Positions 51,921 through 61,579 of a stretch of DNA of 64,000 bases are shown here, one piece after another. Each line of letters starts with the position of its first letter. The first letter of the stretch is position 1. The stretch is from Candidatus Latescibacterota bacterium. Its GTDB lineage: Bacteria > Latescibacterota > UBA2968 > UBA8231. Made by a program: the position numbers and the translations under genes. The notes beneath the pieces are model-generated. The model searched no databases. It was not told the origin of the DNA and saw only the letters and a program-made list of their open reading frames with translations. The DNA lies in assembly GCA_965248355.1 (NCBI GenBank), contig OZ252098.1:2176001-2240000 (forward strand), given 5' to 3'.

Positions 51921-51956
51921 CAACGCGACCCTTCAACCCGAGAGAGAGGTTCCTTC

Positions 51957-52577
51957 ATGCTCCAACTATTCAATGACGGCGGCTGGGCCATGTGGCCGCT
52001 GGTCTTTCTGCTGGCCCTCGGCCTGGCCATCGCCTTCGAGCGGCTCATCACCCTGTCCCGCGCCGCCATCGACGCCAAGGGCTTCTTCGAGCAGTTGGAG
52101 GAGGCCCTGCGCTCCGGCGGGGCCGAGAGCGCCGCCGAGCTGTGCGCCGAGACGCGGGGGCCCGTGGCCAGCGTCATCCACGCCGGCCTGCTGCGGCTGA
52201 ATCGCGGCATCGACAACGTGGAGAAGGCGATCGAGAACGCCGGCGCCGTCCAGATGGCCTTCCTCGAGCGCGGCATGATCTGGTTGTCCACGGTGGCCAA
52301 CCTGGCGCCGATGGTCGGCTTCCTCGGCACGGTGAGCGGCATGATCGGCGCCTTCCAGGCCATCAAGGTCGCCGGAGACGTGGAGCCCTCGCTGGTGGCC
52401 GGCGGCATCTCGGAGGCCCTGATCACCACGGCTTCCGGCCTGATCGTCGGCATCCTGATCCAGTTCTGCTACAACTTCTTCGCCTCGCGCATCGACAAGA
52501 TCATCGCCGACATGCAGGAGCACACGGCGGGCTTCATCGACGTGCTCATCGAGATCGAGCTGAAGGGCAACGAGTGA
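51957..52577 (+). CDS. exbB: MotA/TolQ/ExbB proton channel
   Basis: APMVGFLGTVSGMI and GGISEALITTASGL. Confidence 0.9.
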   Translation: MLQLFNDGGWAMWPLVFLLALGLAIAFERLITLSRAAIDAKGFFEQLEEALRSGGAESAAELCAETRGPVASVIHAGLLRLNRGIDNVEKAIENAGAVQMAFLERGMIWLSTVANLAPMVGFLGTVSGMIGAFQAIKVAGDVEPSLVAGGISEALITTASGLIVGILIQFCYNFFASRIDKIIADMQEHTAGFIDVLIEIELKGNE

Positions 52578-52993
52578 ACCTGCGCAAACGGGGGAACCGG
52601 GTGCTCCCGGAGATCCCCACCTCCTCCATGGCGGACATCGCCTTCCTGCTGATCGTGTTCTTCCTCGTGACGACGACGATGAATCAGGACAAGGGGCTGT
52701 CGCTGCACCTGCCCCCGATGGCCGAGACCCTGGAGGTGCGGGAGAAGAACATCTGCAACGTGTGGATCAACGACCAGGACCGCATCGCCTACTTCGAGAA
52801 CTCCGCGCTCACGGAGATCGCCTTTTCCGACTTGCGCGCCGACATCCAGCGCCGGCTGGCGGCCAACGAAAAGCTGATCATCTCCCTGAAGGCCCAGCGC
52901 CAGGCCAGCTACCGCATGTTCGTGGACGTCCTCGACGAGCTGAAGCTCGCCGGCGCCACGCGGATCTCGATCGCCGAACCCGAGGGAGGCTGA
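52574..52993 (+). CDS. exbD: ExbD/TolR family protein
   Basis: GTG start overlapping the exbB stop; SSMADIAFLLIVFF. Confidence 0.9.
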   Translation: MNLRKRGNRVLPEIPTSSMADIAFLLIVFFLVTTTMNQDKGLSLHLPPMAETLEVREKNICNVWINDQDRIAYFENSALTEIAFSDLRADIQRRLAANEKLIISLKAQRQASYRMFVDVLDELKLAGATRISIAEPEGG

Positions 52994-52999
52994 GGCCCC

Positions 53000-53431
53000 A
53001 TGAGATTTGCCCGCAAGTCCCGGGTGGGAGCCGCGGTGCCCACGGCGTCGATGGCGGACATCGCCTTCCTGCTCCTCGTATTCTTCATGGTTTCCACCGT
53101 GTTCATCCGCTTTCGCGGCATTCCCGTCTCGCTGCCCGAGGCGGAGCGGGTCGAGAAGCTTGAGATGCGCCGTCACGTGACCAGCATCTGGATCGGCGCC
53201 AACGGCGCCGTCAACATCGACGACAAGGCGGTCGCCCTGCAGGACCTGGGTCCCCTGGTCCACGCCAAGCTGACCGCGAATCCCCGTCTGATCATCTCCA
53301 TCAAGGGCGATGGCCGGGCGTCGTTCGGCACCATCTCCGACGTGCTCCAGGAGCTGCGCAAGGTCGAGGCCTTGCGCGTGAACTTCGCCACCAGCCGCGA
53401 GCGCAAGGCCGCGGTGACGGCAGGAGGCTGA
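53000..53431 (+). CDS. exbD: ExbD/TolR family protein (second copy)
   Basis: ASMADIAFLLLVFFMV and IKGD. Confidence 0.9.
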   Translation: MRFARKSRVGAAVPTASMADIAFLLLVFFMVSTVFIRFRGIPVSLPEAERVEKLEMRRHVTSIWIGANGAVNIDDKAVALQDLGPLVHAKLTANPRLIISIKGDGRASFGTISDVLQELRKVEALRVNFATSRERKAAVTAGG

Positions 53432-53434
53432 GAG

Positions 53435-54112
53435 ATGCTGATACGGACAGGCGGGATGGTGCGCACGAAGTTCGCCGAGGCGGATCTGCGTCTCGAGTAC
53501 CGAAAGACCTTCTGGGCCTGCTTCGGGGCGTCCTCGATCGGGCTGGTGCTGGTCATCTTGTTCTGGCCGAGCTTCGAGGCCAAGGCCTACGCCAAGCCCC
53601 AGGAAGCGGTGATCATCCAGCTGGAGGAGATCCCCGAGACCCGGCAGGAGCGCCGCCCGCCGCCGCCGCCTCGGCCTGTGGTGCCCATCGCCTCCACCAG
53701 CGAGGAGATCCCGGAGGATGCCACGATCATGGAGACCGACCTCGACTTCGGCCTCGATGACCTGGCCCCGCCGCCACCCCTCGATGAGCTCAAGACCGAG
53801 GTCGCCCTGGAGGAGGAAGAGGAGGAGATCGTCGAGTACTGGCGGGTGGAGAAACCGCCGAAGCGGAAGAACAACCCAGAGCCCGAATACCCCGAGATCG
53901 CCCGCCGGGCCGGGATCACCGGGAACGTCACCATCCAGGTCCTGGTCGATCGCGAGGGCAAGGTGGAGAAGGTGGGCGAGATCCACGGCAACGAGGTGTT
54001 CCACGAGGCGGCGCGCAAAGCCGCCCTGGCCACCACCTTCACCCCGGCGATCCAGAACGACAAGGCCGTGAAGGTCTGGGTCGCCCTCACCTACAAGTTC
54101 CAGTTTCAATAG
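53435..54112 (+). CDS. tonB: Energy transducer TonB
   Basis: N-terminal TM, Pro-rich linker, YPEIARRAGITG.V...FTPA.Q. Confidence 0.9.
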   Translation: MLIRTGGMVRTKFAEADLRLEYRKTFWACFGASSIGLVLVILFWPSFEAKAYAKPQEAVIIQLEEIPETRQERRPPPPPRPVVPIASTSEEIPEDATIMETDLDFGLDDLAPPPPLDELKTEVALEEEEEEIVEYWRVEKPPKRKNNPEPEYPEIARRAGITGNVTIQVLVDREGKVEKVGEIHGNEVFHEAARKAALATTFTPAIQNDKAVKVWVALTYKFQFQ

Positions 54113-54266
54113 CAGGCCGGTTGCCCTAACTCGCTGTTTTCCTTATGTAGAGACCACTCGCCAGCAGCCGCGGCCCGGCCGTGGCGCTCTCCCCGGCGTC
54201 CTCCCCCACACCCTCTCCCCGCGGCTTCGAACCCCGCCCCCCGGGGTTCGCCCGGAGGTCGGGACC

Positions 54267-54716
54267 ATGCGCTGCCCCTTCTGCAATACCGTGGACGACC
54301 GCGTCGTCGACTCTCGCTCCTGCCGTGACGGTCAGGCCATCCGCCGCCGCCGCGAATGCACGAGTTGCAGCCAGCGGTTCACCACCTACGAGTACATCGA
54401 GCATGCCCCGCTCACCGTCATCAAGCGGGACGGCAACCGTGAGCCCTTCGACCGCTCGAAGCTGCAGGCCAAGATCGAGCTGGCCTGCTACAAGACGAGC
54501 GTCTCCAGCGATCTCATTGAGGAGCTGATGGATCAGGTCGAGTCGGAGCTCGGGAACCGGGCCGAGAGAGAGATCCCGAGCAAGCAGATCGGGGAGCTGG
54601 TGATGGAGGGGCTGAAGGACCTCAACGATGTGGCCTATGTGCGGTTCGCCTCGGTCTACCGGCAGTTCAAGGACCGGCAGGACTTCGTCCGGGAGCTCGA
54701 GCAGCTCTCCAACTGA
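54267..54716 (+). CDS. nrdR: Transcriptional repressor NrdR
   Basis: MRCPFC...VVDSR...IRRRREC...RFTTYE, ATP cone and VAYVRFASVY. Confidence 0.97.
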   Translation: MRCPFCNTVDDRVVDSRSCRDGQAIRRRRECTSCSQRFTTYEYIEHAPLTVIKRDGNREPFDRSKLQAKIELACYKTSVSSDLIEELMDQVESELGNRAEREIPSKQIGELVMEGLKDLNDVAYVRFASVYRQFKDRQDFVRELEQLSN

Positions 54717-54820
54717 CCCCTCTGCGGAGAGCCGGCCCGGCCGCCGCGGGCCTCGCCCGGCGGCCCCTCCACCTGTCCCGTGGCGCCTTCCACGCCGTCC
54801 ACCGGGGGCCGAGAAACCCC

Positions 54821-54850
54821 TTGACAAGCCGGAATCGGGGCCTGTATATT
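54821..54850 (+). promoter_or_regulatory. Sigma70 promoter of nrdJ
   Basis: TTGACA-18 bp-TATATT. Confidence 0.65.
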
Positions 54851-54870
54851 CGCCCCGTTGTTGCGCCGTG

Positions 54871-54920
54871 CCACAAGATCTTGTGTACCGCGTAACCTAT
54901 GTGACCGCCAGATCATGTGG
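54871..54920 (+). promoter_or_regulatory. Tandem NrdR boxes
   Basis: CCACAAGATCTTGTGT (54871) and the weaker CCGCCAGATCATGTGG (54905) resemble acaCwAtATaTwGtgt. They lie between nrdR and nrdJ. Confidence 0.7.
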
Positions 54921-55057
54921 CCGAATTGCAGACGACCTCTCGCTCTCCCCGACGTAACATCCTGTAAACACGATAGTTAGTTCCAGTTATGCCGATGCTT
55001 TCCGTATGGAGGCACGGCAGCAGGGGCTTTTGGTCGTACCCTAGGGAGATTTCGAGC

Positions 55058-57451
55058 ATGTCCACCGAACACTCCGCAGCCGATCCAAGCGCCTCCGACG
55101 TGCCGGCAGGTGTCCACCGCATGGAAGACCTCCTGGCCCAGCTCGAGGGGCACGGGTACCAGTGCAACGGCCACGAGGAGGTCCTGCGTCGCGCCGCCGA
55201 CGCCGAGACCTACTACGGCGACAACGACCTGGCCATCGACGTGCTGCGTTCCAAGTACCTGGCACCGGGCGAGACCGGGCCGTTGCAGGTGTGGGATCGC
55301 GTCGCCCGGGCCATGGCCTCGGTAGAGGCGAACCCGCAGGTCTGGTACGACCGCTTCTTCTCCCTGCTGATCGACTTCAAGTTCATCCCCGGCGGGCGGG
55401 TCATGCACGGCGCCGGCCGCGACGAGGCCAGGCGCAAGCCGACCTTGTCGAACTGCTACGTCATCCCCATCCGGGAGGACAGCCTCGAAGGTATCTACAC
55501 CTGCCTCAAGGAGTCCGCCCTGGTCTACCGGACCGGCGGCGGCGTCGGTACGGACCTGTCGATCCTGCGGCCCAAGGGAGCGCCGGTGAACGCCACCGTC
55601 GACCAGTCGCCGGGGTGCACGGCGTTCATGAACCTGCTGTCGGAGAGCACCAACGCCGTCTCCCAGGCCGGGCGCCGCGGGGCGTTGATGCTCACCCTGC
55701 GCGTGGACCACCCCGACATCGTCGACTTCATCACGATCAAGAACGACACCAGCCGGACCAAGGTGCAGTACGCCAACATCAGCGTGCTCATCACCCACGA
55801 GTTCATGCAGGCCGTCATCGACGACGCCGACTTCGACCTGCGCTGGGGCGGTGAGGTCTACCAGACGCTGAGAGCCCGGGACCTCTGGGACAGGATCATC
55901 ACCAACGCCCACGCCAGCGCCGAACCCGGAATCATCTTCTGGGACACGATGCGGGAGCATCACAACGTCGAGTACGCCAATCCGCTGGTGAGCACGAATC
56001 CCTGCGGCGAGCAGCCCCTGGCCTCGTACACGGCCTGCAACCTCGGCAACCTCAACCTCGCGAAGTTCGTCGGCGAGGACGGCCTCATCGATTACGAGGA
56101 TCTGGCCGAGTCGGCGCGCGTGGCGACGCGGTTCCTCGATGACGTCATCGACTACAACATGCCCAACCACGCGCTCCCGAAGATCGAGAAGGCCGTGGCC
56201 TCCGACCGGCGCGTGGGGCTGGGCATCACCGGGCTGGCCGACGCGCTGGTGCTCATGGGGCTCAAGTACGACTCCGACGAGGCCCTCGAGGCGGTCGAGA
56301 AGATCATGCGCACCATCTCCCACTGCGCGTACGAGACGTCGATCGACATCGCCCGCGAGAAGGGTGCCTTCCCGCTGTTCGATTGGGAAGGGGTGGCCCG
56401 GAGCCGGTTCGTCCAGGATCTGCCGAGGGCGATGCAGGATCGCATCCGCGAGCACGGGCTGCGCAACTCCACCCTGATCACGGTACCCCCGGTGGGGACC
56501 GGATCGATCGTGGCCCAGACGTCCTCGGGCGTGGAGCCGATCTTCTGCACCAGCTATAAGCGGCGGGTCAAGCAGGAGGACGGCGAGAGCTTCCGCGAGT
56601 ACAAGGTCTACCATCCCCTGGTGCGCGACCTCTTCGGCGGCGACGAGAACCTGCCCGGGCACTTGGTGACGGCCCACGACATCGACCCCTACTTCCGGGT
56701 CAGGATGCAGGGCGTGATCCAGCGCTACACGGACAGCTCGATCTCGTCGACGATCAACCTGGCCGAGGAGACCTCGGTGGAGACGGTGGCCGACATCTAC
56801 GTCACCGCCTACAAGGAAGGCCTGAAGGGCGTTACGGTGTACCGTGAGGGCTGCCGGCAGGGGATCCTGCAGACGGAGAAGAAGGAGCCGCCGGCTCCTT
56901 CCGCCGGGCCGGAGGCGCCGGCGGAAGGAGCCGCCCCGGGCGCCGGACACCACCCGCGTCAGCGGCCGGCGGTCACCCGAGGCGTCACCGAGCGGGTGAG
57001 CACGGGCGAAGGCAACATCTTCGTCACCATCAACGAGGACGAGCACGGGATCTGTGAGATCTTCAGCACCATAGGGAAAGCGGGCGGCAATGCGGCGGCC
57101 CAGTCGGAGGCGATCAGCCGGCTGATCTCCATCGCCCTGCGTTCGGGCATCGACCCGCAGGAGATCATCGATCAGTTGAAGGGGATCTCCGGACCGAGTC
57201 CGGTGTGGGAGAAGGGCGAGCTGATCCTGTCCACGCCGGACGCCATCGGGCGGGCCCTGGAGCGTTACCTGCATCGGCGGGACGGCAGCGACATGCCACA
57301 CCCCTTGCAGGTCGGTTCCGAGGCCTCGGCGGCCGGCCCCGGCGGGGTCAGCGCTCCGACGACCCTGGCCACCTGCCCCGAGTGCGGCTCCACCGTATCC
57401 CACGAGGCCAGCTGTCTGACCTGCAAGCACTGCGGGTGGTCGAAATGCTGA
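55058..57451 (+). CDS. nrdJ: Class II (adenosylcobalamin-dependent) ribonucleotide reductase with C-terminal TSCPD-like and Zn-ribbon domains
   Basis: LSNCY, GGGVG, RRGA, TNPCGEQPL, ACNLG, PVGT, SSISSTINL, GLKGVTVYREG and C-terminal CPECG...C..CGWSKC. Confidence 0.92.
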   Translation: MSTEHSAADPSASDVPAGVHRMEDLLAQLEGHGYQCNGHEEVLRRAADAETYYGDNDLAIDVLRSKYLAPGETGPLQVWDRVARAMASVEANPQVWYDRFFSLLIDFKFIPGGRVMHGAGRDEARRKPTLSNCYVIPIREDSLEGIYTCLKESALVYRTGGGVGTDLSILRPKGAPVNATVDQSPGCTAFMNLLSESTNAVSQAGRRGALMLTLRVDHPDIVDFITIKNDTSRTKVQYANISVLITHEFMQAVIDDADFDLRWGGEVYQTLRARDLWDRIITNAHASAEPGIIFWDTMREHHNVEYANPLVSTNPCGEQPLASYTACNLGNLNLAKFVGEDGLIDYEDLAESARVATRFLDDVIDYNMPNHALPKIEKAVASDRRVGLGITGLADALVLMGLKYDSDEALEAVEKIMRTISHCAYETSIDIAREKGAFPLFDWEGVARSRFVQDLPRAMQDRIREHGLRNSTLITVPPVGTGSIVAQTSSGVEPIFCTSYKRRVKQEDGESFREYKVYHPLVRDLFGGDENLPGHLVTAHDIDPYFRVRMQGVIQRYTDSSISSTINLAEETSVETVADIYVTAYKEGLKGVTVYREGCRQGILQTEKKEPPAPSAGPEAPAEGAAPGAGHHPRQRPAVTRGVTERVSTGEGNIFVTINEDEHGICEIFSTIGKAGGNAAAQSEAISRLISIALRSGIDPQEIIDQLKGISGPSPVWEKGELILSTPDAIGRALERYLHRRDGSDMPHPLQVGSEASAAGPGGVSAPTTLATCPECGSTVSHEASCLTCKHCGWSKC

Positions 57452-57496
57452 GCGGAGGTCCCTTGTGACCGCGAGTCCGGCCCATTGACCCGGGCG

Positions 57497-57524
57497 CGGC
57501 ACCGTCACATCAGTGGCGGTGCCG
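57497..57524. terminator. Hairpin between convergent nrdJ and MBL hydrolase genes
   Basis: CGGCACCGTCAC-ATCA-GTGGCGGTGCCG (12-bp stem with one G-U pair), followed by TTCTCGTTCT. Confidence 0.55.
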
Positions 57525-57532
57525 TTCTCGTT

Positions 57533-58291
57533 CTAGCGAACCTCGAGGACCAGGCCGTCGTAGGCGAGTTCGACCCTCTCGGGCAGGTAGTCGTTGGTGG
57601 CCTGATGGTCGAGATCGTGGGCGATGTGAGTGAAGTAGGCTTGGCGCGGAGCCAGCTCGGCCACGACCTCGAGGGCTTCGTCGACGGTGAAGTGGGTGGG
57701 ATGGCCCTGGTGGCGCAAGGCGCCGAGGACGAGGATGTCGAGGCCGCGCAACTGGCCCATGGCTTCGTCCGGGATGGCGTTGCAGTCGGTCACGTAGGCG
57801 AACCGTCCGATGCGGAAGGCGAGCACGGGAAGCCGCCCGTGCATCACGGTCACCGGCTGGATGTGCAGGCCGAAGAGATCGAGATCCCCCTGGATCGGAT
57901 GCAGAGACATGCGCGGCACCGCCTGGGCCCAGGCCGAGTCGAAGGCGTAGTCGAAGACCCGGGTTATGCGGTCGAGGGTGGGCCGGTCGCCGTAGACGGG
58001 GATCGGCTCGTCGCGCCCGAAGCAGTACGAGCGCACGTCGTCGAGGCCGTGGAGATGGTCGGCATGGCCGTGGGTGAACAGCACGGCATCGACGCGCCGC
58101 AGGTCCTGGCGCAGGGCCTGGGTGCGCAAGTCGGGCGGCGTGTCGACCAGGATCGACCGGCCGAGGTGCTCGATGGCGATGGCGCATCGCAGGCGCTTGT
58201 TGCGCGGGTCGGTCGAGGTGCAGACCCCGCACTCGCAGGCGATGCGGGGCACGCCGACGGAGGTGCCCGTGCCGAGGAAGGTAACCTGCAT
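57533..58291 (-). CDS. MBL-fold metallo-hydrolase (PhnP-like)
   Basis: MQVTFLGTGTS.GVP...C.C..C, THGHADHLHGLDD, YVTD and THIAH. Confidence 0.9.
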   Translation of the reverse strand: MQVTFLGTGTSVGVPRIACECGVCTSTDPRNKRLRCAIAIEHLGRSILVDTPPDLRTQALRQDLRRVDAVLFTHGHADHLHGLDDVRSYCFGRDEPIPVYGDRPTLDRITRVFDYAFDSAWAQAVPRMSLHPIQGDLDLFGLHIQPVTVMHGRLPVLAFRIGRFAYVTDCNAIPDEAMGQLRGLDILVLGALRHQGHPTHFTVDEALEVVAELAPRQAYFTHIAHDLDHQATNDYLPERVELAYDGLVLEVR

Positions 58292-59073
58292 CAGACGGTC
58301 AGCCCGCCGAACCGAGGGCGGCCCCCCCCGGGGGCCAGGGTCAGGAGACTCGGTCCGTCCTCGGTGACGGCCACGGTGTGCTCGAAGTGCGCGGCGAAGG
58401 AGCCGTCCTTTGTGCGCGTGGTCCAGCCATCCTCGTCGACGACGACCTCGGCCCCCCCGAGACTGAGGATCGGCTCGATGGCGAGGACGTGTCCCGGCTT
58501 CAGGCGGGGGCCGCGCCCGGGGGCGCCATGGTTCGGCAGATGGGGATCCTCGTGCAGGTGTCGTCCGATACCGTGCCCCCCGTACTCGCGAATGACGCAG
58601 ACGCCTCCGGCCACGGCGGCCGACTCGACGGCGTGCGAGATGTCCGACAGGCGGTTCCCCGGGCGGGCGGCGTCGACGCCGGCGCGCAGGGCGGCTCTCG
58701 TCGTACCCACCAGGCCTCGGACCCGGCGGTCGACGCATCCGAGGGAGACGGTGAAGGCCCCGTCGCCGAACCACCCGTCGAGCTGCACGCCCACGTCGAC
58801 GCACAGCAGATCGCCGTCCTTCAGGGGCTCGGGACGCGGCAAGCCGTGCACCGCCTCGTCGTTGACGGAGGCGCAGATCGACGCCGGGAAGCCTTGATAG
58901 CCCTTGAAGGCCGGCTCGCCGCCGAGGTCGCGGATCGTGGTCTCGGCCAACTCGTCCAGGAGGAGTGTGGACACCCCGGGACCGGCCGCGGCCTCGAGGG
59001 CGATCTGCACTTCATGCACGACGGCACAGGCCGCGCGGATCCCTTCGATTTCGCTGGGGCTGCGACGATGCAA
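58291..59073 (-). CDS. map: Type I methionine aminopeptidase (start uncertain)
   Basis: SVNDEAVHG, DVG...GDGA, GHGIG..LHEDP, AIEP and HFEHT. Confidence 0.92.
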   Translation of the reverse strand: MHRRSPSEIEGIRAACAVVHEVQIALEAAAGPGVSTLLLDELAETTIRDLGGEPAFKGYQGFPASICASVNDEAVHGLPRPEPLKDGDLLCVDVGVQLDGWFGDGAFTVSLGCVDRRVRGLVGTTRAALRAGVDAARPGNRLSDISHAVESAAVAGGVCVIREYGGHGIGRHLHEDPHLPNHGAPGRGPRLKPGHVLAIEPILSLGGAEVVVDEDGWTTRTKDGSFAAHFEHTVAVTEDGPSLLTLAPGGGRPRFGGLTV

Positions 59074-59214
59074 GGGCCCTCGACTGGCCGGCTTGGAAGA
59101 GTGGATTCGAAGCGTAACCAAACACGGGGAGAGATTCAGTCTCGTCAAGATGGTGTCCGGCCTCTCGCCGGCCCCGGGCACCGCCCGCCCCGGGAGAGAG
59201 GCCCGAGATCTTCA

Positions 59215-59243
59215 TTGCGGATCACTCCACCCCTGGTTATCTT
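59215..59243 (+). promoter_or_regulatory. Putative sigma70 promoter of topA
   Basis: TTGCGG-17 bp-TATCTT. Confidence 0.45.
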
Positions 59244-59344
59244 GCGAGACCGGCGGCCTTGGGCGGGCCTCGTTTGGTCCCCGCCTTCAGGGCCGCGTCC
59301 TTTTTCATCCCAAGCTCTGAACAAAGCGAAACATATCACCGGAC

Positions 59345-61579
59345 ATGGGTAAATCACTCGTTGTCGTTGAGTCGCCGGCCAAGGCGACGACCATCAACAA
59401 GATCCTCGGTCGCGATTTCGTCGTGAAGTCGTGCATGGGACACGTGCGCGATCTGCCGCCGAAGGAACTCGGCGTCGACGTGGACAAGGACTTCATGCCC
59501 CGCTACGTGACCATCCGCGGCAAGGGGAAGATCCTCACCGATCTCAAACGCGCGGCGCAGAAGGCGGACACCATCTACCTGGCTACGGACCCCGACCGCG
59601 AGGGCGAGGCCATCGCCTGGCACGTGGCCCATGCGATCGCGCGCAAGGACATCGAGGTCAAGCGGATCCTGTTCAACGAGATCACGCCGAAGGCGGTCCT
59701 CCAGTCGATCAACGGGTCCGGCGTCCTCGACCTCTGCAAGGTCAACGCCCAGCAGGCCCGGCGCGTCCTCGACCGGCTCGTGGGCTACGAGATCAGTCCC
59801 CTCCTTTGGAAGGTCATTCACGCCGGTCTGTCCGCGGGGCGCGTGCAGTCCGTTGCCCTGCGCCTGATCTGTGAGCGGGACGCCGAGATCGCCGCTTTCC
59901 AGCGCCAGGAGTACTGGTCCATCGACGCCTTGCTCGGCCACGCCACCGACGACGGCGAGGCGACCTTCAAGTCGCGCGTGCTGCAGTACAAGGGCAAGAA
60001 GCTCGAGATCGCCGACCAGGAGACGACCGAAGGCATCATCGCGGCCCTCCGGGATGCGACCTTCACAGTCAAGTCGGTCAAGCATCGCGAGCAGCGGCGC
60101 CGGCCCGCGCCGCCCTTCATCACCAGCACCCTGCAACAGGAAGCGGCGCGCAAGCTGAGGTTCTCGGTGAAGCGCACCATGGCGGTGGCCCAACAGCTCT
60201 ACGAGGGCATCGAGCTCGTGGGCGAGACGGTGGGGCTCATCACCTACATGCGCACCGACTCGGTCCGCGTCTCCGACGAGGCGATCAGCGAGGTGCGCGC
60301 CGAGATTGGAAAGCGCTTCGGTCCGGAGTACGTGCCCGCGAAACCCACTGCCTACAAGACCCGCCGCGGCGCCCAGGACGCGCACGAGGCGATCCGTTCC
60401 ACCTCGGTGGAACGCACGCCCGACGAGATGAAGAAGCACCTGTCCCCCGATCAACGGCGGCTGTACGAGTTGATCTGGAAGCGCTTCGTCGCCTCCCAGA
60501 TGGAGCCCCAGGTGATGAACATCATCAGCGCCGACATCGGCGCCGGCGACTACCTGCTGCGGGCCACGGGCTCGCAGGTGAGGTTCCCCGGCTTCACCGT
60601 TCTCTACACCGAGAGCAAGGAGGAGGAGGACGAGGAGGAGAACATCCAGGTGCCGGCCGACCTGGCCGAGGGAGAGAAGCTCACCCTGAAGAAGCTGCTG
60701 CCCGAGCAGCACTTCACCAAGCCGCCGCCCCACTACTCCGAGGCGTCGCTGGTGAAGGAGCTGGAGGCCAAGGGGATCGGCCGGCCGAGCACGTACGCCC
60801 AGATCATCTCCACCCTGCAGGACCGGGAGTACGTGGAGAAGATGGACAACCGCTACTTCGAGGCCACCGAGCGCGGCCAGACGGTCAACAAGCTCCTCGT
60901 GGCCACCTTCCCCAACATCTTCGACGTCGAGTTCACGGCCCGCATGGAGGACGAGCTCGACCGCATCGAGGATGGCCAGGAGGACTGGGTCGCCTCGGTC
61001 CGCCAGTTCTACGGCTCGTGGAAGGGAACCCTCGAAGAGGCCAACGCGCGGCGCAGAGAGTTGAAGCAGTCCTTCCAGCAGGAGACCGACATCCCCTGCC
61101 AGGAGTGCGGGCGCAACATGGTCGTAAAGTGGGGACGCAACGGGCGCTTCCTCGCCTGCCCGGGGTATCCGCAGTGCAAGAACACGAAACCCCTGGAGGA
61201 ACAGCGCGAGCAGGTGAAGACCGACGAGGTCTGTGACCTGTGCGCCAAGCCGATGGTGGTGAAGACGGGCCGGTACGGCCGGTTCCTGGCCTGCTCCGGG
61301 TATCCCGACTGCCACAACGTGAAGCCCTTCTCCCTGGGCATCGCCTGCCCGGACTGCGAGGAGGGCGAGATGGTGGAGAAGCAGTCGCGCAAGGGCAAGG
61401 TGTTCTTCGGCTGCAGCCTGTACCCGAAGTGCAAGTTCGCCAGTTGGGACAAGCCGGTGGAAGGCCCGTGCCCGCAGTGCGAGGCGCCCCTGCTGTACGA
61501 GAAGGCCAGCCGCGGCGGCCCTCCTTCCCTCCACTGCAAGGTGTGCGACCGCCGCTTCGAGAACACGCAGGCCGCCTGA
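59345..61579 (+). CDS. topA: DNA topoisomerase I with C-terminal Zn ribbons
   Basis: VVESPAKA, ATDPDREGEAI, SAGRVQS, ITYMRTDS, QDAHEAIR and GIGRPSTY. Confidence 0.97.
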   Translation: MGKSLVVVESPAKATTINKILGRDFVVKSCMGHVRDLPPKELGVDVDKDFMPRYVTIRGKGKILTDLKRAAQKADTIYLATDPDREGEAIAWHVAHAIARKDIEVKRILFNEITPKAVLQSINGSGVLDLCKVNAQQARRVLDRLVGYEISPLLWKVIHAGLSAGRVQSVALRLICERDAEIAAFQRQEYWSIDALLGHATDDGEATFKSRVLQYKGKKLEIADQETTEGIIAALRDATFTVKSVKHREQRRRPAPPFITSTLQQEAARKLRFSVKRTMAVAQQLYEGIELVGETVGLITYMRTDSVRVSDEAISEVRAEIGKRFGPEYVPAKPTAYKTRRGAQDAHEAIRSTSVERTPDEMKKHLSPDQRRLYELIWKRFVASQMEPQVMNIISADIGAGDYLLRATGSQVRFPGFTVLYTESKEEEDEEENIQVPADLAEGEKLTLKKLLPEQHFTKPPPHYSEASLVKELEAKGIGRPSTYAQIISTLQDREYVEKMDNRYFEATERGQTVNKLLVATFPNIFDVEFTARMEDELDRIEDGQEDWVASVRQFYGSWKGTLEEANARRRELKQSFQQETDIPCQECGRNMVVKWGRNGRFLACPGYPQCKNTKPLEEQREQVKTDEVCDLCAKPMVVKTGRYGRFLACSGYPDCHNVKPFSLGIACPDCEEGEMVEKQSRKGKVFFGCSLYPKCKFASWDKPVEGPCPQCEAPLLYEKASRGGPPSLHCKVCDRRFENTQAA

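Noticed and set aside
52628..53073. 23-nt exact direct repeat ATGGCGGACATCGCCTTCCTGCT
   Set aside because: Encodes the conserved MADIAFLL helix of the two exbD paralogs; not a CRISPR repeat or att site.
54228..54250. 8-bp hairpin just before the nrdR RBS
   Set aside because: Short GC-rich stems are frequent at this GC content and there is no other support.
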